Assembly (NCBI GenBank): GCA_013265495.1
Contig: MU057651.1
Location: 2,830,948-2,894,947 of the forward strand
Source of the DNA: Vicugna vicugna
Taxonomy: Eukaryota
Length of the DNA stretch: 64,000 nt
Reading direction: 5' to 3'
Below, in pieces: positions 51,636 through 64,000 of this stretch (the stretch's first letter is position 1; each line of letters opens with the position of its first letter). The notes under the pieces were generated by a model. It did not search any database, was not told the origin of the DNA, and worked only from the letters and a program-made list of their open reading frames with translations. The translations under genes and the position numbers were made by a program.

Positions 51636-54600
51636 CCAAATAGTCCTTAGCCATCTGGGCCAGCGGAAAATGGAAATATTTCCCCAGATTCAGACAAAAT
51701 AGACAGATCAGGATCTGAGAGTCCCTTCTGGATGCTGGATGTTGCTGGAGGGGGAGAGGCGGAGTGTGGGCAGCAGCTGGGGAGCAGGGCATCCACGGTG
51801 TTGGAAGGTCTGCAGAAGCCGCCTGTGCTCGGGGACCTGCCGTCTGACAGGTGTTGATGGTGTGCAAGCTGCTTGCCGTCCTCTGCGACACTCACCTGGG
51901 ATCGGATGGGGACGGGGACCATCCCAGGGGAGGCAAGGCTCAATCGAGGGGCGGGGCTCCAACCAGGGGTTCAAGCAGCTCCCCCTGAGGCGATCGGAGC
52001 CCACGGTTCTCCCTCATCTGCTGCACGTGTCAAGTTCACTCCCGAAGATTCTTTTTAGATGGAAACGCGGAAAGGTGCAACTGTCCTTAGGTTGACAAAG
52101 GAGCCTTCCATCACGGTGCCCCTCCCTCACTCAGGTTTGCCATTCCCTATTCCTGAACCCCTGAGTTGAAAATAATGCAAGCATCGGTCTAGCAACAAGA
52201 TTTCCCCCTTCATCCTTACTCATTCCTTGGGCATCGCTTCTCACTGCAGATTAAGCAGTTGCACAGTGAGGTTGTTACCAAAGGCGTCTTACGCTTGCCT
52301 GTTCTTTTCAGATACACGGTCTTAAGGAAATGTGTGTCACTTGCAGTCATCTCGCTGTGAAAGCATCCACTGTGAATCTCTGAAGGCAGTTTTTATTTGA
52401 CATACATACTTGTGAACAGGCACATGTCATACACTGTCTCTCTCTTCCTTTTGGGGAAGGGACTTGGAGGAGATAAGAGGGCAGGGGACCCCTGGCTCCG
52501 CTGGTCTGAGACATGGCGATTAAACTCCATTCCTCTCATGCATGTGCAATGCAGCCACACGTCCAAAGAAAGGACGGGCAGATTTGATTGGATGGAAGTG
52601 GTTATTAATTAACCAGTTGCTTTCCCTGGATGATAAGAGGAAAAAGAGAGAAACATTCCCTGAAGTGCATCCTTCCTCGTGTGCCTGGGACCATAAACGT
52701 GGACCCTGAAACTCCACCGGCTAAGCCCTTAAGCCAGAGACTCACGTTGAGACCCCGCAGAACAGGGAGCACACAGCACCCCGAGTGTCTCTTTCCGGAC
52801 CCATCCGATGTTCTCATGACACCCAATATGGTCCATCCAGGGGCAGGGCTGTTCATGTTTCACCCTAGCTACGATAACACCTTCCAAATGAGGGGAAGCC
52901 AGCAGGTTGTGCAGGTGTTGAGTTTCAATCCACGAGGAAGAGCATATGGGATCCCCGGTGTTGGGTTCGCCCGGGCATCCTTCCCCTTCCGGAAACTCGG
53001 GATGTTCAGGGACCTGGATAGTAATTCCTTCTTCCAGGAGCAAATCTATCCCCAGGACGGGGCAGCCCCTCTTCTGGGGAACACGTGCAGAATGTAAGCT
53101 AAGTCGCATCTCCTGCAGTTTGGTGTTTAAACCTTGCTGGCCGTGCACGGTGGAAATGGGATTTAAGGCAACCGATCCGTGAAGGAACCGGGCTGCAGTT
53201 GCCTGTGAATTGTGAGCAGGGAAACAGAACCCAAGGGCAGGTGCTCTGTCGGCCGGACAGAGGCGCTGGCTTTGAAGTTTGCATTCTCCGGATTTGACGC
53301 GCAGCTTGCGGTGATCAGAGACAGAAACCAGGGCACCATCACCTAAACTTCTGAAGCTCCCTCCCTGCCCCCGAGTCCGTGAAATGGAAATAAATGCTAA
53401 TGAACACCTGATACAGCTGTTAGGGAGCAGGGAATTCTTGCAGACTGCGACTTGTCAAACTGCTCTCAGGAACTCAGTGCCTGACGAGCTGGGGCCTTCC
53501 TTGTGCGCGATGCAGCTGACCACTGAGGCTGAGGTGGGCCTAAGCGGAACACGTGGAGGGAAGTGTCCCCCAGGGGAGGACCTGCCACAGTGCCCGTGGT
53601 CTCTGTGCAGGCCAGAGCTCCCGTGGATGCACGTGGTCATTTCAGGCTCCTTCCTGCTCGAGATCTTGGATCAGTTTGGAAACCAGCTCGAGAAAGCTTG
53701 GTGTCCAAACCCCACCCCGTGTGCTAACATTTTACAGCTTCTGTAGCTCCGGTCCCCAAAAGGGGGAACCGACTTGCCCAAGGTCATACTGCAAATTAGC
53801 ACCAACCTTAATCAGAAATAGCACGGTGAATAGGATGGGGCTCGTGTGAGGTGTCCCCGATGGCTGATAGCAAAGCCCACACGTAATGGTGAGTCCACAT
53901 GTTTACAGAAGCCACTGGAAGGAACGGACACGCCACGTGTGCAAGACGCCAGAACCTGCTCCCCTCCGCACAGAGAGCGTTGATGCAAACGGCCTGCACT
54001 TCGGAGAGCCTGGGGAAGAGCGAGTCACAGGTCAGATTGGGGCAGGTTTCTCCAGCCCTGTGTGGAGGCGGCGGCGCCCTGAGCAGCGGGCTCGGGGTTC
54101 CAGGAGGAGGGGTGGCCCGAGGCCAGGGCAGCTCCACGGCCTTTGCTCGCAGAACCATCAGCCGCCTCTGCTTCCATTTTTCTGGTGAAGGTTTGTTGTC
54201 TGTGTAGACTTTCCAACGGGAGCAAAGATGCCTCACTGTTTCAGGAATCATTTCTTTGAATGTCGGGCTCACGTACACATGGCCCCTTGAAGACCTCGAG
54301 CTGAGATGACCCCACAACGGCCAAGGGACCTGGGGAGGCCACACTCAGCTGCCCATCCGCCGCGTCCATCGGAACCACGGTGCCACCCGATTGCAGTCTG
54401 GTGCTCTTTGCGCTACCAGGGGGTGCCAGAGGTGGCATCCTCACCCCCCACTGCCCTCGGGGCGGCGCCCACCCCGCATGAGCCCGCATGGGGCCGCTTC
54501 AAGCCGAAGATGCTCTCCGGTCCCTCTCAGTGCTAATCCCACGAGATGAAGCCCAGTTGCTACCCCGACTTCCCTGCAGTACATGCCAGCCTCTCTGACA

Positions 54601-54689
54601 TGCCTGAGTGGCCCGGACACGTGTGCCTGCTGGGTTTGTTTTTTTTTTTTACAATTGCAATCTGAGGCCCAAGAAAATTTAAAAAAAAA

Positions 54690-54858
54690 AGGAAGGAGGA
54701 GGGGGGGGGAGGGGGGANNNNNNNNNNNNNNNNNNNNNNNNNNNNNNNNNNNNNNNNNNNNNNNNNNNNNNNNNGAGTAGGAGGACCAAGGAAGGAGGGG
54801 GAGGGAGGAGGAGTGAGGGAGGAGGAGGGGGAGGAGGGGGAGGAGGAGGAGGAAGGAA
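54690..54858. repeat. (GGA/GGGA)n polypurine tract containing an assembly gap (N 54718-54774)
   Basis: Read directly. Confidence 0.9.
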
Positions 54859-56004
54859 TTTAGAAACGGCCTCTGCCTGTGGCAGACCCGCACCATGAAC
54901 TGCGTGCTCATTGGCACCCTACTGAGCGCTCAGGTCGTTACCGGGCAGCGCTCCACAGCCGACTGGGTGGCACGGACCCCAGAGGAGGTGTCTCTCCCTC
55001 CCAGGAGCAGCACGTGGGAAAACTTCGGAGTGTCTTCCACCCGCACTGGGTTAAGCAGGCATTTTCGGTCCCAGCCTGGAACGGGCGGCCTGGAAGCGTC
55101 TCCCATCCAAGTTTCCACGCGTCACCTGTTCGGCAGGTTTCACTCAGGTGGGGAAGTGGGGCCAAGACAGCCTTTATCCATCAGCTCCAGCAGTTTCAGT
55201 TGACCTGTGTTCGTTTAGAGATTGCCACCTCGGGCCAACATCCAGGATTTCCTAATCGAATTAGAACTGGGTGTACAAGCTTTCCCCAAAGTATCAGATT
55301 TATTAAAAAAACAAAAAAAGCAAATGGTATTTGATCCACAAAGAGGAGCCTTCATTCTACCGCAAAGGGTAGAGCCATTAAAAAAGTAAGAAAATGCACA
55401 AAGGGAGAAGGAGGTAGGGAGGGGTCCAGCAACGTAGTATTTGGCTGTAGGTTTTGCTGTTGGTTGAGATGAATGTCTTCATCTTGAGGAGTTGCCCCTT
55501 CAAGTTCCTCATTTATATTAGCTTCCAGATTATTAACTCTGTTTATTAATGACCAACCACGTTGACTGAGTGCCTGCTATGTTCCAGAAACCCCAGGGGA
55601 CACCAGGCTACATCATCCAGGACAGAACACCCATCACATTTACCGCATAAATTCTTTGTTTCACTCTACAACATGCCTTTTTTTTAAATTTTATTTTAAT
55701 TTTTATTGTGTGGCAGGCATGCTGCCCAGGGCCCAGTTCTTAAATACACAGCTTTTGCAAATGTGCACAGAGATGTTATCTGACTCTGGGCTAAGATCTG
55801 GAACAGATACACTCCGAGAATTCTGGAAGCCTCTCCCCGTTCCCTCCCTAGCAATATACCAGGGGACACGCCCTGTATTCTGTGCATGTGGCTTCTTTTT
55901 GCTGCGAGATTCAACCATGGAGTTGTGTGTGCCCTTCGTTTATTCTTTGTTCTGCTCTGTGGTTTCTGTTCTATGAATACGTCACAATTTATTTACCTAG
56001 TCTA

Positions 56005-56832
56005 CTTTTTAATTGAAGTCTAGTTGATCTGTTGTGTTGTGTTCGTTTCTGGTGTGCAGCATAGTGATTCAGTCATACACATATATCTTCTTTTTCATTA
56101 TAGGTTATTATGAGATATTGAATGGAATTCCCTGTGCTGTACAGTAGGACCTTGCTGTTTATCTATTTTATATATAATAGTGTGTATCTGCAAATCCCGA
56201 ACTCCCAATTTGTCCCTTCCCACCTCCTTTACCCTCCGTAACCATATGTTTGTTTTCTATGCCTGTGAGTCTGTTTTTGTTTTGTACATAAATTCATTTG
56301 TCTCTTTTTTTTTTCAGATTCCGCATATAAGTGATATCATATGGTATTTGTCTTTCTCTGTCTGACTTACTTCTCTTAGTATGATTATCTCTAAGTCTAT
56401 CCATGTTGCTGCAAATGGCATTATTTAATCCTTTTTCATGGCTGAGTAGTATTCCATTGTATAAAAATACCACAGCTTCTTTACCCAGTCATCTGTTGAT
56501 GGGCATTTAGGTTGTTTCCATGTCTTGGCTGTTGTAAATAGTGCTGCTGTGAACACTGGGGTCCAGGTGTCATTTTGAAGTAGGGTTCCTTCTGGATATA
56601 TGCCCAGGAGTGGGATTCCTGGGTCATATGGTGAGTCTATTCCTAGTCTTTTGAGGAATCTCCATACCGTTTTCCACAGTGGCTGCACCAAACTGCATTC
56701 CCACCAGCAGCTGGGAGGGTTCCCTTTTCTCCACAGCCTCTGCAGCATTTGTCGTTCGTGGACTTTTGAAGGACGGGCATTCTGGCTGGTGTAGGGTGAT
56801 ACCTCCTTGTAGCTTTGATTTGCACTTCTTTA
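56005..56832 (-). mobile_element. Relatively young 5'-truncated L1 (ORF2 C-terminus plus 3' UTR) nested in an older L1 (~55620-57185)
   Basis: ORF 56425-56748 ([20 protein letters not shown]...[13 protein letters not shown]...WKQPKCPS...YTMEYYSAMKK) is the L1 ORF2 cysteine-rich domain. Confidence 0.92.
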
Positions 56833-57800
56833 TCTAGAATGTTCCTGATCCACCTTTGTCGTGGCTTCCATTTTCGGCGATCGTGAAGGAAGTGCTGTGC
56901 GTCCTTGTGCATGTGTTCGGGTGGACAGGCGCTGTTGTGGATCTGAGTGTTTGCTCTGGGAATCAAACTGCTGGACCACAGAGTCAGCTTGGGTTTGGGT
57001 AGGACGCTGTTGACAGCTTTCCCGAGTGGCTGCACCAACGTGCATCCCGTCCAGCGGAATCTGCGAGATCCAGGTGTACCTTCTTGCCAGTACTTGGCAT
57101 CGTTAGTCTGTTCAATGGTAACTATTCTGATGTGTTTACACAGGAATCCGGCTGTGGATTTAGCTGCACTTCCCTGATGACTCACACCCCTCGCAACCGC
57201 ATAAGCGGATATTCTGGTTTCTACGCCTGACTCTCGGCAATTTAATTCATCTGAAATTCTCCTCCATCAAATCAATTTTGGATCCCAGGAACAGGTCAGT
57301 TTCTTCTTGAAAAGCTGAGGATGAGACAGATCCTGGAGGAGACAGTACTCCACGGGCCAGGTAAACCGAAGAGGCTGCACACAAGGGGCTGTGCACCGAC
57401 CTCACGAGTGTAACTTTCCCTTTTCCAGAACGAACTCTGCTGTTGGATGTCTAACCTCTGAGCTCCATCCTCTCTTTGCCTCAATTCTGAACCTGGTGGT
57501 CCCTGGACACTGATCGGTGACTTCTGTGCATCCTCCCCTCCTACCGGCCCTCCCGACCACGTGCCCTCCCCTGTTCTACTGAAACAGCACATGTGAAATA
57601 AAACTGGAAAGCCATGTGGCCCAGGGGAAGTTCATTTCCAATTCTCAACGACCCTCACCTCACCGGTCATCTTATGGTGAATGCACTCTTTGCCATGTGC
57701 TCCATCTCCGTGATCCGTGATGCTGAGTGTCCCGATCTCCCGGCCCCCGACTACCCATTGATTCATTTCATACACCTGCACTTGGGTCACTGCGTGGCCA

Positions 57801-57972
57801 AACCCTAACCCTAACCTGAACCCTAAACCTAACCCTTCCCCTACCCCTAAACCCTAACCCCTAACCCTAACCCTACCCCTAAACCGTAACCCTAAGCCCT
57901 AACCCTACCCCTACCCTTAAACCCTAAACCTACCCTAACCCCAACCCCAAACCCAACCCTAATCCTAACCCT
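57801..57972 (+). repeat. Interstitial telomeric sequence, degenerate (CCCTAA)n
   Basis: About 170 bp of ccctaa units with ccctac, ccccaa, ccgtaa and ccctaaa variants. Confidence 0.92.
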
Positions 57973-58607
57973 TTATTCCCAGGCTCTGATGGTTTGAACT
58001 ATGAAATAACATGTCTAGTTTTCAAGATGAAACCTGAATTAAAAAAAAAATTGAGGATTAAGCAAATTTTAGTTTTTAGCCAAAATATATATGCGTGTCT
58101 AAACAAACAAAAAAAAAGTTTGCAAGCTGGAACCTCAGTGGCAGCCTTGTGGGGTGCGGGATGGGTGCCAACCAGCTGAACGCAGGGGCCCAGGACCCTC
58201 CTTGCCTCAGTCCAGGCAGCATCGCCTTTAATGAATTCATACGTTGGCATTCCAGGCAAGATTTCATTTGAAAATACACATTTTTTTTCATTTGAAAATA
58301 TATATTTTTCACTTGAAAATACATATTTTCTGCTAAATAGAGTTTTAAACAATTTTTCAACAAATAAAAGTTCTCAGTAATGGGGTTCATACGTTATCAC
58401 ACAAGTTGTCAACTCCAGAAAAATGAACATATATATTCTGCAGAGCGTGCCTGCACAGAGATGCCACATGACTACGTTTTTGTCTGTTTGATTCTTCCAA
58501 TAAAAAGCAAATGAACAAAAATTGTGTTGGTCTAATAGTCTGACTGGGACCTTTTGAGGATTTGCGAAAAAGGAAGGTATTCTCTGCATAAAAAACACAC
58601 GCCTGGT

Positions 58608-58765
58608 GGGGAAGATTTGGTCAAGGGGTGGAGCACATGCTTAGCGTGCGTGAGGTCCTGGGTTCAATCTCCGGTAACTTCTCTAAAAAAGAAAAAAAAA
58701 GATTAAAAAATAAGTAAACCTAATTATCTCCCCCCTCCACAATAATTTAAAAAAATAATACAAAA
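58608..58765 (+). mobile_element. tRNA-derived camelid SINE (Vic-1-like)
   Basis: gaggtcctgggttcaatc plus aaacctaattatctcccccc tail. Confidence 0.8.
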
Positions 58766-59164
58766 ATGCATGTCTCTTCGGCCGTTAGCATCCTCTGAGA
58801 AATCACAGTGTCAGCGCAGACACGGTGTCCTGAGCAGAGCCTCTGTTGGGAAGGAGGACATCACCATGTGCTTTTCTGGCTCGTTCCCCAAGAAAACATC
58901 CCGTGCCTCCCGCGTCCGTCCCCAGGTCCCTGAGAGGGTGTGCTGGCATTGGACCGCGCAGCTGGGAGAACAAATTCGTCCCTTCCTTCATCCCTGGGCT
59001 GGTCCCAAGGCACCGGCGGGCATGGTGATGGCTGGATGCTGCTGGACAATCTCTTGTCCCAGGAGCATCCCATCCCTGTCCCCTGCCCTCGATCTTGGCC
59101 AGATCAGCCTCATCCTTTTACTCCTCCCTTCCTCCTTTCCCCACTCCTGTCTAGTTTTCTTATC

Positions 59165-59350
59165 TTTTTTTCTAATTGCAAATCTAGCTGATTCACAACA
59201 TTGTGATAATTTCAGGTGTACAGCCCAGTGATTCTGTATTTTTGCAGATTACATCCCATCCAACGTGATCACAAGGTACGGGCCCGAATTCCCTGTGAAA
59301 TAAACCCTCGTGGCTCCTCTCCTATAGCTAATGGTCTGCCCCCCGTGAAC
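59165..59350 (-). mobile_element. L1 3' tail fragment
   Basis: tagctgattcacaacattgtgataatttcaggtgtacagcccagtgattctgtatttttgcagatt. Confidence 0.7.
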
Positions 59351-59903
59351 CCCACACCCCTCAGGGGTCGCCCTCCCCTCCAGTAATGTGTGGGCATCCG
59401 GTTGCTCAAGGCTCCACGTGGCATCTGAGCTGGCAGCTCTCCTGCAAAAGCTGCTCCCTGCCCTCTGCTCCTCCTGTCCCTCCCGGTGGCCTGTGACCAG
59501 GTGCGCCGAGCTCCAAGGTGCGTCAGGGCCCCAGGAACGCCGCCCTGCCCTGTGTCCAGGACCCAGGGACTGTGCGCAGTCACCTGCTCCCTCCTTGGCA
59601 TCCACAGACGCGCCCTTCAACTCCCGTGGATGTTTACCATTTAGGCAAACACAGTGAGTAAACATGGGGGGTCTGACTCATGGATGCAATGGCCTTTCCT
59701 CTTTTAAACGTTATCAGTTTCCAAATCTCCCTGCTTGTGGTGACGCCGCCACATGGGACATACATGAACCCCGGGTGGAGACAGCCCACGAGGCGCCACA
59801 CGGCCTCCAGCGGGAAGAGCCCTAGGACGCCTGATTTTTCTAACCTAATAATAATGCATTATTTTATCAGATTTGCTTAAAACAGGGAAGCACTACTCTG
59901 TAT

Positions 59904-59916
59904 TGCCCCCTGGTGG
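59904..59916 (-). promoter_or_regulatory. Candidate CTCF site
   Basis: Minus strand CCACCAGGGGGCA is a near-perfect CTCF core motif. Confidence 0.6.
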
Positions 59917-60391
59917 TGAATGGTTGCAAACGCAGCCACCTGGCACGTCCAGATCCGAATTTGTATTTAAAGTTCAAGGGTTTTATTCTGCACCTGGTGT
60001 TGACAACGTCCATCGCGGCTAACCTCGCGGCACCAGTGCGGATGTGAAGTCAGGATGCACACGAGGGTCAGGGACCGTTTGCTAACGGGCTCTCGCTGGC
60101 CTGTCCAAGCGGCCCCCGGCATGTGACTTGTCACCTGCTCTGGGAGCTCAGCCCGGCCACACCGGTCCCTCCCACCGCCCTGATGGCGCCAGGAGTGCCC
60201 TGGCCGCCTGCCTTTGCGTCGCCGGTCACAGTGCCGCATGTGTGTTCCTTCTCTTCCTTCCAGCTGCCTTATCAGAGGCATCTTCTCCTTCAAGCATTTA
60301 AAATTGCACTTCCTAACCTCCCTCCCCAGTGTTGCATTTAAAATTGCACTTCCCAGTGTTGCTTTTTGCTCTGGCATGTTAGTAATGCATT

Positions 60392-60742
60392 TACTCATGG
60401 CGATGACCTGTGTCCACCCTCCCCGCCAGATTCACACGTTGAGGTCTGAACAGGACCGGATGAGGAGACAGGGGCTCCACAGAGATGACCAGGTAAAAAC
60501 CAGGGCTCATGCGGGCCCTGAGCCACCATGACCGGTGTCCTTGTAGGAAGGGGGACGTTGACACACACGTAGGGGACATGGGAGAAGATGGCTGTCTGCA
60601 AGCCGAGGGGAGTGTCCTCAGGGGAGCCTAGCCCTGCTGACTCCTTGAATCTCAGACTTTTGGGGTCCAGAATTCTGAGACAATACGTTTTTGTTGTTTA
60701 AGCCCTGTGGCTCTTTGTTACTGCTGTCCTGGCAAACCAACA
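60392..60742 (+). mobile_element. MLT1A-like MaLR LTR
   Basis: gagaagatggctgtctgcaagcc...ccctgctgactccttgaatctcagact...ccagaattctgagacaata...tgttgtttaagcc. Confidence 0.8.
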
Positions 60743-61515
60743 GGCTTATTCATTACTTCTGTCACCCTCATAGGGTGTCAGCTCCGAGAAGCCAAGATTG
60801 AAATGGTTCCGATCAGCGCTGTGCGCCCCCCAGGACTGGAGCCCCCTGAGGTAGCAAGACAGACTCCATCAGTCTCTGCTGAGGAAGTGATCCAGCTCAA
60901 GTGTGAAAAGTTAACACTTCTCTCAGCCATCCACGGCTTTCTTAAAAATTACTTTTTAACTTACGTTTGTTAATTATTATCAAACTGTTCCATTATTATC
61001 TTAACGCAACACATGTAACTTAAACTGTATGTATCGTCCCATGGGAAAGCTGGAATGGGCCACCTCCTCATTATGGTCTTAGAAAGTGCTGCTCTAAATG
61101 AAGCCACAGGGTCGAAGAATTTGTCCACTATGACATTTCTAATTGACTTTTAAAAATTTTGTAATTTTAAAATAATTCTGAAATTTAAAATTAAATTTTG
61201 TGAGCGAATTTAAAATACCTTGAAATTGAAAATTCCGAATGGAATTTCAATTAAATTTTAAAATTTGAATTAACTTTTAATATTTGAATTAACTTTTCAA
61301 AATGATACGTCTTTTTATTTTATAATAAAAGTAATATGTTATCATTGTCTCAAGGTTTTAAAGTACAGACCAGTGAGGAAGTAGAGAAAATGAAAAATGG
61401 AAATTAAATGTGTCTGTAAATACATTATGACATGTTTCTATTTTACGTTTTTAGTATATAAGAATGAATAAACAACAGAGCTCTACTTAATTATGAATAA
61501 ATAGATCTGTGCAAT

Positions 61516-61637
61516 TTTTTTTGATGGGGGAGGAGGTAATCAGGTTTATTTGTTTATTTTAATGGAGGTACCGGGCATTGAACCCAGGACCTCATGCATC
61601 TAGGCACACACTCTGCCCCTGAGCTACACCCTCCCCC
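61516..61637 (-). mobile_element. tRNA-derived camelid SINE with target-site duplication
   Basis: Full head and tail. TSD tgtgcaat at 61508-61515 and 61638-61645. Confidence 0.92.
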
Positions 61638-63349
61638 TGTGCAATAACCTTGAATGTCAACTATCCTTGCAAAAGGAGAGACGGAAAGAGAGTCCCCTTT
61701 ATGATTTCCTCTATTTTTGCATGTTTAGGAATGTCCATGTTGAAAGTAAGACACAAGAAGAGAAAGAAAGAGATGTCTGGAAGGAGGGCGGCTGGATTGC
61801 GTGTGGGCAGCCCTGGGTGAATGTCAAGGCCTTGGTGGATGTTGACATCTGCATCTGCTTGGACCTGTGGGGAGCAGGCAACTCCAGACGCCAGCTGCTC
61901 CTTCAGAACGCAGGTCACACCAGGCACAGCCCACCGGGGTGACACCGGTGGGGCCCACCTGGTGGGATCTCAGGGAGGCAGCCGGGTGCTTAAAGCATGG
62001 GGAGCACAGCATGAGGAGCCACTGACATCTAGTGGTCACGCAGGCAAACCACAGGCCTGGGGACCACAGAGCTCTGGGAAGTTGGACCAGGGCAGGTCCA
62101 GTAGGACAGGCCCGCCTGCCGGGCTCCTCCCCTGGGATCCTGGTCTTCCAGGTCAAGGGCCCACTGAGAAGCACCACCTGCATCTGCACATGAACCCCCT
62201 GTTCGGTCAGCGATGTTGAGTAATTTGTATATCCGAGTAGAAGTAATTCCTCAGGGGGCAATTCCGAAGCACCAGCAGATTATTTCTCCCTCCACTTTCC
62301 AATTCCAGTCTCATGATCCCAGTTGGACGGCCTCAGCGACACTCAGTGTAACTTCCCGGAGCCCCTCTGCCCACCGCAGGGCCGGGCGGTGGTCTGGAGA
62401 CTTAATTTTCCTTTGCCTCTTTATCTCTCCTGAGACCATGCATTCCTGCTACCCTTTCCGCTTTTCTAACTTCCCATTTTCCAGCCTCCAAAAACTGTCC
62501 CCTCCCCAATTATCCCCCCAATGGCCATTATCCTAGAGCCGCCCGGACATCGCGTCCTTACTGTTAACAAAACAATGAATCACCTGTGCACCCCAGAAGG
62601 CACCCAACTCAGCCAATGTCTGTAGTTATTACAACATTACAAACACAATTTTTCCTAGGAAACCCATCCACTCACGCGTATGAAAATGTCCCCCTTGATT
62701 AGCTCTTTTCTACCTTCAAGTGTTAGCGTGGTGAGGCCTTCGTTGACCTGTTGGCCTAAATCAGAGTTCCTACTAAATGCTCTGCTTCTATTCTATTTCC
62801 ACGGAGCACTTAATTGTACCCAACAGTTGATTTAGGGCTGAAGATCTGCTCAGTTCACCCTGTAATCCAGTCTCCTGTGATAAATAGAAATCTTCATGTA
62901 AACAGATTTCTTTAAAAATCTTAAAACTATGGTCATAGGCAACCCCTGAATATTTTTTTTCTTTATTCTAAATAGCTGATGTAGCTTCAGGGCCTCTTAA
63001 TAATTTGCGTCTTCCTCTGCTTCCACAGACATCTGTGCAGACCTCCTCGTGGAGCGGTAGAATGGAATTTTCCATTATTACGTGCGTGATGTTCCTTCTC
63101 TGTGCTCTGCTTTTCCACAGGGTGCCAGAGAATGCCTGCTTCTCACTAAATTTCCACGTGTTGCCCCACCTTCTTTCCCAGATCCCGGGCGGTCAGGCAG
63201 GGCTGTGTGAATAATTCTGGCCAGTGGGCTGTTACCGGAATGATGTGTCTTTTCCAGGTCAAATCTTTAAAAGTTGATGCCTTTCTCTCAAGATCTGTCT
63301 TGCTCTGCATTGGTGATGACCTCCAGAGGCCATGTGTTGAGACGGATGG

Positions 63350-63455
63350 TCAGTGGTGTGCTGGTCAACGCTTAAAAACTGGGGGGACAAAATCAGCACG
63401 CTTGGTGACATTTGCTAATTTCATGGTATCAGCACTCCTGCCAAGGCCAATTGCA
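63350..63455. mobile_element. MER63-like hAT fragment
   Basis: cagtggtgtgctggtcaacgcttaaaaactgg...atttgctaatttcatggt. A related fragment lies at ~42630-42745. Confidence 0.5.
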
Positions 63456-63819
63456 TTTTATCCTTGGTCCCTCTGTTTGCCAGTGGGCAACGTGCAGACT
63501 CCAAGTTCAAAGTCTTTATTATCTGTGTTTCTCTAGCTGTAGTGACCCAAGGCCCTACTTCGTTAATGGAAAATACAAGTGAGTGATGCAACAGTTGGGT
63601 GTCAGCGAGGCTGCTGGTCGGGAAGGGGTGGGTGGAGAGCATGTGGCACTTTGAGCCATAATTTTTCCACTAAAAATTAGCCCCAGAAGCTTGGGGGATC
63701 TTTGGCTCCTCCACAGGAAGGGAAGAACGACACCAGAAAAACAAACTACAATATCAAGGTTTTATGTAGCTCTTCATGCAATGGATGAAATTTCCAATTT
63801 ATTCCCTTTGGAAATGACC

Positions 63820-64000
63820 ATATTCGTTCATTCATTCATTCATTCATTCATTCATTCTATAACGTTTGTTGAACAATTGCCACGTGCCGGTACTGTTTTA
63901 TGCTTGAGGATCCCAGGTGGCTGAGATCTCTTGTCTCAAGGATGTGGATTAGCAGGTAAATTAGCAAATAAGATAAGTTTAGATGCTGCTGGGTGCTGAA
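63820..64000 (-). mobile_element. L2 3' end with (ATTC)n
   Basis: (attc)n followed by tttgttgaacaattgccacgtgccggtactgttttatgc. Confidence 0.7.

Noticed and set aside
52630..53148. Overlapping 155-aa and 139-aa ORFs as a pseudogene
   Set aside because: No protein family recognised in either strand, and no poly-A tail or TSD. A BLASTX search would settle it.
55005..55147. Exon-like segment (tctctccctcccag|...cag|gtgggg)
   Set aside because: 143 nt, unrecognised peptide and no partner exons. Such splice-like pairs are common by chance.
57700..58000. Telomerase-RNA-derived fragment beside the ITS, or a chromosome-fusion signature
   Set aside because: No convincing TERC similarity in the flanks and no inverted TTAGGG/CCCTAA junction.
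1..64000. CRISPR arrays, operons, rRNA or other prokaryotic-type systems
   Set aside because: The sequence is mammalian intron and intergenic DNA. There is no repeat-spacer array or gene-dense region.

Overview
This is mammalian genomic DNA, very probably camelid. It carries eight copies of a tRNA-derived SINE (ggggagggtatagctcagtggtagag...gaggtcctgggttcaatccccagtacctcc, Vic-1-like) plus artiodactyl-type L1 3' ends. The only protein-coding sequence I can support is the 41-nt first coding exon of COBL (cordon-bleu WH2 actin nucleator; MDAARASAAKPPTG|gtaag) on the minus strand at 39636-39676. It lies in a CpG island, and the likely TSS falls in an assembly gap. Positions 1-39635 are COBL intron 1 (exon 2 is not in the window) and ~40000-64000 is upstream intergenic DNA. 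The rest is a dense record of transposable elements: L1s of several ages, SINEs, ERV solo LTRs, MLT1, MIR/L2, a CR1/L3 reverse-transcriptase fossil and hAT fragments. There are also microsatellites and a degenerate interstitial telomeric array. Almost all ORFs in the supplied track are GC-rich noise or L1 debris. I do not see a convincing new multi-gene system. The best leads are: a pair of CCAAT/octamer-rich LTRs bracketing the COBL promoter with complementary decay; a possible spliced divergent transcript with a long open frame; locus-wide A/T-to-G/C drift in repeats; a palindrome-rich MER121-like element; an interstitial telomere; and a CTCF site oriented toward COBL. Repeat family names come from recognition, not from a database search, and most repeat boundaries are approximate.
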